Below are positions 36,101-46,300 of a DNA stretch of 64,000 nucleotides, one piece after another. Below the pieces are notes generated by a model. The model did no database searches, was not told the origin of the DNA, and saw only the letters and a list, made by a program, of their open reading frames with translations. The stretch lies in the IMG/VR virus record IMGVR_UViG_3300042864_001264; one strand, written 5' to 3'. Position 1 is the first letter of the stretch. The number at the start of each line of letters is the position of its first letter. Source of the DNA: an uncultured virus (IMG/VR IMGVR_UViG_3300042864_001264) (taxonomy: Duplodnaviria > Heunggongvirae > Uroviricota > Caudoviricetes). Made by a program: the position numbers and the translations under genes.

Positions 36101-37417
36101 ATGATTATCGAAAAGTCACATTGGTCTTCCAATGGAAACGCTATCAACCTAGCTGTTCCATTTACAAAGGTCAATAGAGAAAAAAGAACAGTCTCAGGAT
36201 TCGCAACATTAGACAACCTGGATCAGACTGGTGATGTCGTTACGCAAGAAGCAAGCATGAAAGCATTTGAAAACTTTAGAGGTAATCTAAGAGAAATGCA
36301 TCAGCCACTTGCAGTAGGTAAAGTAGCATCATTTAGACCAGAAACTTTTTATGATCCAACAACAAAAGAGTTTTATAACGGAGTTTACGTAGACGCATAT
36401 ATATCTAAGGGAGCTCAGGACACTTGGGAAAAGGTTTTAGACGGAACCCTAACAGGATTTTCAATTGGCGGAAAGATTCTTGAATCAGATAACGAAGTAA
36501 ACAAATCAACAGGTGCATCGGTAAGATTTATTAAAGATTATGCATTAGTCGAGCTATCAATCGTTGATTCACCAGCAAACGAACTATGTAACATTTTATC
36601 TATTGAAAAAGTAAATGGACAAATGATTTTTAAAGGCATCGCAGCAGATGTAAAGATGGAAAATATTTTTTATTGCGTAGACAGTGATTCTGTATTTATG
36701 TCAACAGAATCAGAATACCTATCACCAGTGACTGGTAAAAAGACAGAGCTCATCGGATGGGTAGAATCAAACGATGTAAACAAAGGAAAAGAAATAGAAA
36801 AGATTCTTGATTCACGTAGATCAAGATTGCAAACATTGCCTGACAACACAAATATAAATATGGCAATTGCAGAAGGAGGAAATGAAGTGGAAAAGCTTAA
36901 CACAACAGAAGCAACTCCAGTAGTAGAAGAAGCAGTAGCTACAGAAGCACCTGCAGAAATTATTGAAGAAGTTGCACCAGTAGAACAAGATTCTGCTGAA
37001 ATTGTAGCTGAAGAAACTTCTGCCGAAGTTCTGGAAAAATCAGCAGAACTAACAACTCAGGAATCCCCTGATTTTGTTAAAATGCTAGGCGACCTTAAGG
37101 GTTTCTTCTCAGAGACTTTGGAAAAGGCCTCTGAGGCAAACGCTGCTCAGGTTTCAACAATCAAGGAGACAGTCGAAGCTTTTAGCAAGAATGTCGATTT
37201 GAGAATTTCAGAATTAGCAGAAAAGCACACAGAACTTTCATCAGCTGTAGATTCAATTAAATCAATAATGGATACAGTTGAAAAGAGAGTAGACGCAGTA
37301 GAATCAGACACTGCAATCAAGAAGTCCTCTGACCTTGGCGGGTCAGCAGGGGTAACAATCAAAAAATCAAAATGGAACGGCACTTTCCTCGGTTCCGTTA
37401 GCGAATTAACAAAATAA
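36101..37417 (+). CDS. Prohead protease with a C-terminal scaffold domain
   Basis: VSGFA..D...D, LREMH, GFSIGG and ELSIVDSPAN (HK97-type protease) motifs; acidic coiled-coil C-terminus. Confidence 0.88.
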   Translation: MIIEKSHWSSNGNAINLAVPFTKVNREKRTVSGFATLDNLDQTGDVVTQEASMKAFENFRGNLREMHQPLAVGKVASFRPETFYDPTTKEFYNGVYVDAYISKGAQDTWEKVLDGTLTGFSIGGKILESDNEVNKSTGASVRFIKDYALVELSIVDSPANELCNILSIEKVNGQMIFKGIAADVKMENIFYCVDSDSVFMSTESEYLSPVTGKKTELIGWVESNDVNKGKEIEKILDSRRSRLQTLPDNTNINMAIAEGGNEVEKLNTTEATPVVEEAVATEAPAEIIEEVAPVEQDSAEIVAEETSAEVLEKSAELTTQESPDFVKMLGDLKGFFSETLEKASEANAAQVSTIKETVEAFSKNVDLRISELAEKHTELSSAVDSIKSIMDTVEKRVDAVESDTAIKKSSDLGGSAGVTIKKSKWNGTFLGSVSELTK

Positions 37418-37435
37418 GGGTATGGTGAAAAACTA

Positions 37436-38485
37436 ATGAGTAATGAACTATTAGCTAAAGCAGCAGAAGCAAATTCTACTTTAACAGGTAGCATGACAGG
37501 TTCTGCAAACCCTACCGACGGAATTCACGTAGGTTCCGAGGGTAAGGGAGGCTTGCTCAATCCTGAGCAATCCGCAAGATTCCTTGATTACATGTTCGAT
37601 GCAACAGTAATCGGTAAAGTAGCACGTACAGTTCGAATGAGAGCTGACACTACAGAGATTGATCGTATCGGCGTCGGTGAGAAGCTTATGAAGCTTGCAG
37701 CTGAAGCAGAGAACACAGGCACAAATGCTGCCGTACAGTTCTCAAAGATTTCTCTCACAACAAAGAAGCTTCGCCTAGATTGGGAGCTTTCAACTGAGTC
37801 TCTAGAAGACAATATTGAAGGTGCTGATCTCGAAGATCACATTGCAAGACTTATGGCAACACAGGCTGGTAACGACCTTGAGGACGTAGTCCTTAACGGT
37901 AACACAGCTCTAACTGGAGATGCACTTTATAAGTCATTCGACGGTGTTGTTAAGATTGCAAAGGCAAATGGCCATGTAGTAGCAGGAGCGGGCGCAGCAA
38001 TTTCCCGTGATATCTTCAACAAGGCACTTAAGGCAATGCCACGTAAGTACAAGCAGCGTCGTCCAGACCTACGCTTCCTTGCTGGCTCAAACTTAATTCA
38101 AGACTACTTATACTCAACATCACAGAACATCCAGAATGTTAACCCACAAGATATTGCTTCAAGCATTATCCGTGGTGACCAGGGTGGTCTAGGTGGTCCA
38201 GCAGGTTTCGTAGCACCATTCGCATTTGGTATTCCAATTGTTGAAGTTCCGCTACTTAAAGAAACTCAGACTGGCTCATATGCAACACCAACAGGAGAGC
38301 ACGGAGACGTCCACTTGACATTCCCAAATAACGTTGTTATTGGTATCAAGCGCGATGTAACTGTTTACCGCTTCTTCTGGCCAAAGAAGGACTCAATCGA
38401 ATATACAATGTATACTCGCGTTGGAACCCAAATTGAGCAGGCAGATGCATGGGTTGTAGTTAAAGACGTTAAGGTTGCTTCTTAA
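37436..38485 (+). CDS. Major capsid protein (HK97 fold)
   Basis: GGLLNPEQ..RF and LEDNIEG motifs, position after the protease, strong codon bias, followed by a terminator. Confidence 0.9.
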   Translation: MSNELLAKAAEANSTLTGSMTGSANPTDGIHVGSEGKGGLLNPEQSARFLDYMFDATVIGKVARTVRMRADTTEIDRIGVGEKLMKLAAEAENTGTNAAVQFSKISLTTKKLRLDWELSTESLEDNIEGADLEDHIARLMATQAGNDLEDVVLNGNTALTGDALYKSFDGVVKIAKANGHVVAGAGAAISRDIFNKALKAMPRKYKQRRPDLRFLAGSNLIQDYLYSTSQNIQNVNPQDIASSIIRGDQGGLGGPAGFVAPFAFGIPIVEVPLLKETQTGSYATPTGEHGDVHLTFPNNVVIGIKRDVTVYRFFWPKKDSIEYTMYTRVGTQIEQADAWVVVKDVKVAS

Positions 38486-38507
38486 TTAAATAAGAATTAA
38501 CTACCGA

Positions 38508-38540
38508 AAGGCCCCCAATTAATTTTGGGGGCTTTTCATT
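38508..38540 (+). terminator. Intrinsic terminator
   Basis: GCCCCCAA-loop-TTGGGGGC followed by TTTT. Confidence 0.85.
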
Positions 38541-38586
38541 TTAATTTTATAGTGCTATAATTTATATACTTACCAAAGGAGTAAAT

Positions 38587-38985
38587 ATGTCATTTGACAC
38601 ACTTAAGGTCAAAGATCTAAAGACGCTAGCAGCAAACTTTGCAGTTGACGTCGATGGACTAAAAAATAAAGCTGATGTAATTGCAGCTCTAACAGAAGAA
38701 GGGGTTACCTGGGCAGTCTACCAAGGAACACTAAAAAACATAGAGAATTCAAAAGAAGACGCAGATGAAATTCTTCCTAGACTAGATCCAAATCAGAAGC
38801 TTGATGAAGATATGATTCTAGTAAAGATGGATCGACCAAATGCTAGATATGATGCCCTAGGATTTACATTTACAAGAGATCATCCTTTTGTAGCAATGAA
38901 ACCAGATGTGGCTCAAGAAATTTTTGATAAGGAGGAAGGGTTTAGATTAGCTACGCCTAGAGAAGTACAGGAGTACTATAACTAA
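38587..38985 (+). CDS. Hypothetical protein with a SAP/Rho-N-like N-terminus
   Basis: LKVKDLKTLA...GLKNKADVIAAL. Confidence 0.6.
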   Translation: MSFDTLKVKDLKTLAANFAVDVDGLKNKADVIAALTEEGVTWAVYQGTLKNIENSKEDADEILPRLDPNQKLDEDMILVKMDRPNARYDALGFTFTRDHPFVAMKPDVAQEIFDKEEGFRLATPREVQEYYN

Positions 38986-38994
38986 GCCTAACAA

Positions 38995-39978
38995 ATGGCA
39001 GAGATATATAAGTATAGTAATACAGCAGTATCAAATAAGTTATATGTAAATGGAGAAGCAATTGAGCCAGACGGCGCAGTCACGGTAAACGTATTTGATA
39101 TAACTAAAGATCCTCTTGTGTCTCCACGAATTGATCCAACACAATCTTTAACATTGCAAACTGCTCTACCTTCCGAGGTAGATACTGGGGTTTACAGTTT
39201 TTATTTGCCATTGGGTTATACATCAAGAGATAGAAAATTCCGTTTAGTATGGAACTATGCTTATAAATCAGTCATGCATCAGCACGTAACTTACCTAGAT
39301 GTAGTTACACCATACGTTTCTATACAAGAAGCAATAGAAGATTTAGGATTTGGTTCTGATGCAAATGATCCAAATTATAAAACATATCATGAAATAAGGA
39401 TGGCAGAAAAATATGCCAGAAAAATGGTAGAGTTTTACACTGGGCAAAAGTTCTTTTTGTTTGACGATACATTTACAGTAATGGGAAATGATTCAGACAC
39501 GCTGCCATTGCCTAGGAAAATTCATACACTTTTTACTTTAGAGCAAAATGACCAGATGCTAGTAGATAAGTTAAACGACGTATCTTATGTTGGATACGAT
39601 ATTGAGCCTACTACAAGTGGTTTTGGAATTAGAGTAAATGTGGTTAATTTTGTAGATAACGATGTTTATATTGCAAATGGAATGGTTCCTCCGTCTATAC
39701 ATGACTCAAGCCCAAATATTTTTAGAAGGAATAAGCATTATGATATCTATGCAAGATTTGGATGGGAATATGTTCCAGATGAAGTAGAGCAGGCAACCAT
39801 TGAAATAATGCGTACCTATTTTGCTAAAGATAGGGCATGGAAAGATAGATATATAAATAAAATTTCTACAACAGACTGGAATTTCCAATACGGTTCAGAC
39901 GCATTTACTGGAACAGGATCTGCATACGCAGATAAGCTTCTTCTAGACTATGTGGTCACACAAATGGTAGTGGTGTAA
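38995..39978 (+). CDS. Head-to-tail adaptor
   Basis: Position; YTGQKF and FGW..VPDEVEQAT motifs. Confidence 0.7.
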   Translation: MAEIYKYSNTAVSNKLYVNGEAIEPDGAVTVNVFDITKDPLVSPRIDPTQSLTLQTALPSEVDTGVYSFYLPLGYTSRDRKFRLVWNYAYKSVMHQHVTYLDVVTPYVSIQEAIEDLGFGSDANDPNYKTYHEIRMAEKYARKMVEFYTGQKFFLFDDTFTVMGNDSDTLPLPRKIHTLFTLEQNDQMLVDKLNDVSYVGYDIEPTTSGFGIRVNVVNFVDNDVYIANGMVPPSIHDSSPNIFRRNKHYDIYARFGWEYVPDEVEQATIEIMRTYFAKDRAWKDRYINKISTTDWNFQYGSDAFTGTGSAYADKLLLDYVVTQMVVV

Positions 39979-40403
39979 TGCTAGACGTAGTTGATGGATT
40001 GATGTCTATGAAGATGGACATATATGCTCAAAGTGAACAACAGGATCCAGACACTGGTGCAATCGTAAGAGAGTTTTCTTACATAAAAACAATAGACTGC
40101 TATGCCAGAGGAATAATTACAGAAAGCCGAAATAGAAGTAATGACAATCAAAGCTTTTCAAATAAGTATTCTAATAACCAATACATAGAAGCTAGAACAT
40201 CAGAAAGGCTAACGCCAAGAGATAAGATAAAAAACATTAGGGACGCCAGTGGTAAACCAATATGGTATGAGCTTAACTATCCAAGTGACACCCCAACAGT
40301 GTTTGACGTTGTAGGAACAACACCCATATCAGATCCTTTTGGAAATGTACTAGGGTACAACTCATCATTACAAAGAGCGGAGAACCAGCAAATTGGCATC
40401 TGA
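39978..40403 (+). CDS. Head closure (stopper) protein
   Basis: Position and size; QDPDTG motif. Confidence 0.6.
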   Translation: MLDVVDGLMSMKMDIYAQSEQQDPDTGAIVREFSYIKTIDCYARGIITESRNRSNDNQSFSNKYSNNQYIEARTSERLTPRDKIKNIRDASGKPIWYELNYPSDTPTVFDVVGTTPISDPFGNVLGYNSSLQRAENQQIGI

Positions 40404-41184
40404 AATTTTAGCAATTAGAGCAGCAAGCGGCTTAGTTAATTTAATGTCTAAGAAGCCAGTAAGTGGTGCAATAAAAGACAGTACAGTCGCACAAATATCT
40501 GCAGCTCTTTTTTATAAAACAAATGTAATGGCAAAGCTTGCGTCAAACCCGCAGTTTCAATCAGCATTTAGGAATATTATATTTGATCAGCTTCAGGTTG
40601 ATTTTGGAGATTACATTGATGCAAAAGCCAGATCGGGCCCCAAATCTTTTCACCATGTATATGAATGGGGAAGGATTGGAGATGACGAAGCTCGATTATT
40701 TAAATTAAATAAGTTGCCAGCAGATGGACTATCTTTAAAAGTTAATTATGAATTAATAGACTCTCAGTCGTTTGTTCCATCTGAGAATTCTAATAATAAA
40801 CATGTATTTATTAAAAAAGCAGAAGTTATGGAAGAGGGAAAGCCTGTAGTCATTGCGCCACGATTTTCTGAAAGACTAGTATTTGATGTAAGTGGATATA
40901 CTGTATTCATGCCAAAGGGGCAACCTGTTACTGTAAGAAAGCCAGGCGGGGCTGGAACTAAAAACTCTTTCTTTTCTGCATATAAGTATTTTTTTACTGG
41001 TCAACTTGTCAGTATGTCTATTAAAAAATCTGGATTCCAAAGACTTTTTAATTCATCTTTATCCAGAGCACTTGGAGTGCCAGTTCAAATTAAAACAGTT
41101 AAATATAGTTTTTCTGCCAACCAGCTAGCAAACGAGGCAGATGTTGCAATATCATCATCTTTTGCGAGGTTGGCAAATGGCTAA
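40393..41184 (+). CDS. Neck/tail-completion protein
   Basis: Position between the stopper and the tail terminator. Confidence 0.55.
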   Translation: MASEILAIRAASGLVNLMSKKPVSGAIKDSTVAQISAALFYKTNVMAKLASNPQFQSAFRNIIFDQLQVDFGDYIDAKARSGPKSFHHVYEWGRIGDDEARLFKLNKLPADGLSLKVNYELIDSQSFVPSENSNNKHVFIKKAEVMEEGKPVVIAPRFSERLVFDVSGYTVFMPKGQPVTVRKPGGAGTKNSFFSAYKYFFTGQLVSMSIKKSGFQRLFNSSLSRALGVPVQIKTVKYSFSANQLANEADVAISSSFARLANG

Positions 41185-41686
41185 TTATAAACTAGATGCA
41201 ATGTTTGAAATAAGAAAGTTTTTGTGGGGTAGGCTAACTGCTCTTAATATATTTGATCAAGAAGATTACTATTCGGATAATCTTAGAGAGTCTCTTATCC
41301 CAATAGTTCCAGTTCAACAGCAGCCAGAAATGAATCAATTTTTAAGTGGGAAAAAACATATAGTTTATGACAAGGTCGGGATGTCATATGAGAATAACTG
41401 GATGATATGTTGCGAGCAGATACTGTTAACTATATATTCACCAGATCTTTTAGATATTGTCGAGATAAGAAACTTCCTGACTGATGAGTTTAGAAGAATG
41501 GACGAGTCGGCTAGAGATATGAACAGGTGGGCTGGCCTATCAGATAAATTTAAGTTCCATAGTATTCATATAGCCGATATATCTTCTACAGCTCCATCAG
41601 AAGAAATACAGGGATTCTTTGCAGCAGATGTAATATTGGAAGCAAAATACTCCAGAATAACCAATGGCCAAGGCAGATTTGCCTAA
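41177..41686 (+). CDS. Tail terminator-like protein
   Basis: Directly before the tail tube gene; likely start MANYK at 41177. Confidence 0.55.
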   Translation: MANYKLDAMFEIRKFLWGRLTALNIFDQEDYYSDNLRESLIPIVPVQQQPEMNQFLSGKKHIVYDKVGMSYENNWMICCEQILLTIYSPDLLDIVEIRNFLTDEFRRMDESARDMNRWAGLSDKFKFHSIHIADISSTAPSEEIQGFFAADVILEAKYSRITNGQGRFA

Positions 41687-41787
41687 CTTGCCTTTTATAA
41701 AATAGTAGAGTAAAATTAGAACAGAGGAAAGGGCCTAGCCAGCCAATATATATATATTAATTTCATATGAAATCAGGAGGAAATACA

Positions 41788-42531
41788 ATGGCACAATCAC
41801 AAGGAGACGCCCGCAATATTCTCGTAGGCGCATCACCGCTATTTTTATCAGTAGAAGATTCAACATCAGCTGGTTATGATTCAAGCATGGAAGCAGGCGT
41901 ACTAAACGCATTTGTTGCAAACAAGAATCAGTATGTACCAGCTTTTGAATCAGGAAAGTCTTACACAACAACACTAAACAGTGTTTTGACTGAAAAAGCA
42001 GCAACACAAACAACAGCACCAGCAGAAGCAAAGGGTGGAGCTTACAGAAACGTAGGATTTACAAATAACGGTCTTCAGATCAGCTACCAGCCAACATTTG
42101 ACTCAGTAACTGTTGACCAGTTGCTAGATACAGCTAAGTTGTTTAAGTCTGCAATGCAGGTTCAAATTTCAACAGAAATGTCAGAAGGTACTCTAGAGAA
42201 CATTCTTGCAGTATTCGGACAGAAGTCATCAACACTTACATCAGCAGGAACAGGTGCAACAGCAGTTGACACACTAGGTTTGGAAGCAGGTGCACTTGGT
42301 GCAGCTCCAACAGAGCGTCAGCTAATTGCAGTTGGACAGGCTCCAACTTCAGAGGCATCAGAAACTGAGCGTGTATATTATGCACGTCGTGTTCTTTCTG
42401 TTGAGCAGTCACAGTTCTCTTTGGCTCGTACAGCAGCAACAACATTCCCAGTAACATTCCGTCTGCTACCAGACGTAAATGCTGTTGGTTCAGAATACGG
42501 TAAGATTATTGACCGTGTTATAACACTTTAA
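41788..42531 (+). CDS. Major tail (tube) protein
   Basis: NILVGA, VGFTNNGL..SYQP and VDQLLD motifs; AGGAGG SD; highly expressed codon usage; followed by a terminator. Confidence 0.85.
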   Translation: MAQSQGDARNILVGASPLFLSVEDSTSAGYDSSMEAGVLNAFVANKNQYVPAFESGKSYTTTLNSVLTEKAATQTTAPAEAKGGAYRNVGFTNNGLQISYQPTFDSVTVDQLLDTAKLFKSAMQVQISTEMSEGTLENILAVFGQKSSTLTSAGTGATAVDTLGLEAGALGAAPTERQLIAVGQAPTSEASETERVYYARRVLSVEQSQFSLARTAATTFPVTFRLLPDVNAVGSEYGKIIDRVITL

Positions 42532-42551
42532 TTATTAATATAATTAATATC

Positions 42552-42580
42552 AAAGCCCCCAAGAAATTGGGGGCTTTGGT
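42552..42580 (+). terminator. Intrinsic terminator
   Basis: AAAGCCCCCAA-GAAA-TTGGGGGCTTT. Confidence 0.85.
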
Positions 42581-42638
42581 GTTGTATCCGTATAATGGTT
42601 ATGCTATAATAATTTAGACGATCCTTAAGGAGGATAAA

Positions 42639-42971
42639 ATGGCAACAACAGTATATGACGTAGAAGAGATTGAACTACAAAGCGGGGCTAAAGTAAAGCT
42701 CAAGCCATTATCAATCAAGCAACTACGCAAGTTTATGGAAGTAATTAAGAAAGTGCAAGATGCAGAAGACGAGACTGCAACACTTGGAATTTTAGTTGAA
42801 GCATGCGGAGTAGCATTAGAAGTTCAACTACCAGATCTTGTTAAGGATATAGACAAGCTTGAAGAAGCATTAGACGTTCCAACAATCAATCGCATTCTTG
42901 AAGTTTGCGGAGGAATTAAGATGGACGACCCAAACCTAATAGCGGCAGCGGTACTGGCTGGTCAGAACTAG
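42639..42971 (+). CDS. Tail assembly chaperone (G)
   Basis: Between the tail tube and TMP genes; slippery C-CCA-AAC at 42929-42935. Confidence 0.85.
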   Translation: MATTVYDVEEIELQSGAKVKLKPLSIKQLRKFMEVIKKVQDAEDETATLGILVEACGVALEVQLPDLVKDIDKLEEALDVPTINRILEVCGGIKMDDPNLIAAAVLAGQN

Positions 42972-43306
42972 ATTTAGCCGCTTTAGAGGGTCAAGTTTTT
43001 CTTCTAGGACACTGGAAGAATTACGAAGAACTAGAAGAAAATTTATCGATGCCAGAGTTAGTTCAAACAATAACAGCGATAAATGAAAAAGAGCATAACC
43101 AGAGAAGATTTGCAGCATCACTAAAAGGAATACAATTAGATGATGCTGTAGAAGAAAAAGAAAAAGGTTCTACCTTTGAAGACATCCAAAGAAGAGCCCT
43201 TGGAATACATACATCAGCAGATGATGTTGTTAGTTTACAAGGACCCTTTGCAGCACAAGCTGGATTTGGAATCGGAGCAGGGTTAGGATACTCTAGGAGT
43301 GATTAG
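42929..43306 (+). CDS. Tail assembly chaperone -1 frameshift extension (GT)
   Basis: The -1 frame is open from the slippery site: PKPNSGSGTGWSELDLAALEGQVFLLGHWKNYEELEENLSMPEL... to the stop at 43306. Confidence 0.8.
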   Translation, partial: PKPNSGSGTGWSELDLAALEGQVFLLGHWKNYEELEENLSMPELVQTITAINEKEHNQRRFAASLKGIQLDDAVEEKEKGSTFEDIQRRALGIHTSADDVVSLQGPFAAQAGFGIGAGLGYSRSD

Positions 43307-46300
43307 TGGCTGACGAACAAATTGTAACGAGTATAGTCGCCAAAGCCGACTTGTCTAGCCTTGTGTCTGAAGTACACAGGGCTAGTTCCAGTCTCCAACA
43401 ATTACAAAGAGAGCTTCTTTCTTCAAACAGAGCAATAGCTTCTTCAACAAAGTTAGCAAACAACTTATTTAGAGATACATTAACAGGTAGCGGGCAGTTC
43501 TCTAGTCACTTTGTAAACCTTAATTCAGATGTAGACAAGTTTGGTAAAAACTTAGATGCTGGAAGATTAAAGCTTAAGAACTACTTCTCAACATTTAGAG
43601 AACATGCCACTACCCAAAAGGGTATGATTAGGGAACTTGCTAAAGAGCAAGTAATGCTTCAAAATTCAGTACTACAGCCGTTGGGAAGAAATGCCCAGGG
43701 GCTAATGCAGTATAACGTAATGATTCCAAGAGGTCTTGATGCTGTAAAGAATAGTGCACAGCTAGCTAGAATGGAAATGCAGATTATGAATCGTGCATTG
43801 TCAGAAGGAGCTGGATCTTTAATTAACTGGGGTAAAAATACTCAGTGGGCTGGTAGACAGCTTACAGTAGGATTAACTGTCCCTCTTACAATGTTCGGTG
43901 CTGCAGCAGGAAAAGCTTTTAGAGAAGCAGATCAAGAGCTTGTAAGACTAACAAAGGTTTATGGTGGATTAGCTTCAACTTCAGCAGCAGATTTAAAAGC
44001 AATTAGAGAAGAAGTTGTTCAGACAGCAAAGTCTTTATCTCAAACTATGGGAGCTTCTTTTAAAGACACAATTGCTTTAGGTGCTGATATTGCTGCAACT
44101 GGAAAAATGGGTAACGATCTTTTAGGTTCTATAGAAGAAACAACAAGACTAGCAATACTTGGTGAAGTAGATAGACAAGATGCTATGAAAGCAACTCTTT
44201 CAATTCAAACAGCATTTAAGCAAAATACAGAAGAGCTTACGGCATCAATTAACTTTCTTAACGCAGTTGAAAACCAAACATCTACAACACTTAATGATTT
44301 AGTAGAAGCAATTCCAAAAGCTGGTCCAGTTGTACAGCAGCTTGGCGGCAGCATTGAAGACTTAGCCCTTTATATGACTGCAATGAGAGAGGGTGGAATT
44401 AATGCTTCAGAAGGCGCAAACGCATTAAAGTCAGGTTTAGCTTCTTTAATTAATCCAACAAAACAAACAATCGGAATGATGTCAGATTTTGGTATAGATG
44501 TAATGGGAATGGTTGCAAAAAATACTGGAGACACAACTGGGTTATTAATGGATTTGCAATTTGCTCTAGATAAACTGGATCCTTTAAGTAAGGCTAGAGC
44601 AATGGAGCAGATGTTTGGAAAGTTCCAGTTTGCAAGAATGAGCGCACTTTTAAATAACCTAGGTAAAGAGGGAAGCCAGACTTTACAGGTTATGGAATTA
44701 ATGAAAGCAAGCACTTCAGATTTAGCAGGAATTGCTGAGCGAGAATTAGGAATGATAACAGAGTCAGCTTCTGGAAAATACAGAAGAGCAATGGAATCGC
44801 TAAAAGCATCTCTTGCAGATATTGGAGAAGACTTTCTTCCAGTTGCAACAAAGCTTATAAATGCCGCATCAAAGATACTAGACTTCTTTAGTAATTTACC
44901 AGCACCAATTAAAAAAGCAGTAACATTTATGGCAGGATTTACTGCATTAGTTGGACCACTTATTATGTTAACGGGTGTGCTTGCTAACTTCTTTGGATAT
45001 ATAACAAAAGGAATTGTACAGCTTAGAGCATTTTTCATGAAAGCAAGCGGATGGAAAATGCTTACTCCAGAAATTATTGCCGCACAAAAAGCAGCAGAGA
45101 TGGTCGAGAATGCATTTTATTCAGATGCAGCTGCGGCTCAGGTTCTTCACAATGCATTACAAAAACTTGTTTTAGATTATCAAAACCTTCAAGCTGCATC
45201 AATGAAGGGTGCAGTTCCAGTAAATCCAGGAGTAAGCACAGTTGGTGGATCCACAATAGTTACTGCTGGAAGAAGAATTGTAGATGCTTCTGATCCTTAT
45301 GTGGGAGATCCTAATACAAGGGCAATGTCACACATTAATCCTAGAGACCCAAATAATCCTGCAACAATATTTGGAGGGGTCCCAGGAGCAGTTCCAGTAA
45401 ACAGAGGAATAGCAAGAACTCCTCAAATGTACATGCATGATAGACTTCCAAACGTTGAGGGTCTAACAAGTGTTAAGGGAATATCAACTGGAATTGTTCC
45501 AGGAGAGGCAGCAAAATTCCATGCATTAATGGCAACACTTGGAATGCAGACAGAGCAAGAAGTAGCATCATTAAAGAAAACAATTGCTATGGGTGGAACA
45601 GTAAGCAGAGAACTTCTGGATACATTCGATGATATTCTTCCAATAACTCAAAGATTTGCCGACAGCGCAGCAACACAAGCAGCAGCAATAGTTCAACAAT
45701 TAAGAAATTCAGAAATAACAGTTGAGCAAGCAAAGGCAAGAATACTTGCACTAAACGCACAAATAGAAGCAGACATGGGTGCTGCAGTAACTGCATACGC
45801 TGCATCACGAGGAAGAACAATTGATTTAACAAGAGCTCCAATGATGGGCCAGCCAGTCGTTGATGCAAATGGACAGTTTACGCTAAGAGATTTATATAAG
45901 AAAAAAGCAAATGCTTCTGTAATGGAAGAGTTTGGAAGACTTCGAGGCATAAGAACATTTGGAGCTCCTTACAGTATTCAAACTACTAGAATGCCTAGAT
46001 TTAATGATGGTGGAGGCATCGAGTCTTTTGGCCCAGGCAAGACTATGGTTTCTGGACCATCTTCAATTAATTATGATGACAGACTTGGCAGTGTTCCAGT
46101 TGGCGGGTATGTATTAAATCAGCAAGCCGCAATGGATCCAGCTAATGCTGCATTAGTAGCTATGGCACCAAGTACTTATTTAAATAACGGTGGAAATATT
46201 ACTGCAGCTCTTACTCCACGGGAAGTAGTATTCGGACCTCAAATTCAAAGAATGCCTGAGCTATATGCAGCAGTAGATGCAGCAAACAATGGTTATAATT

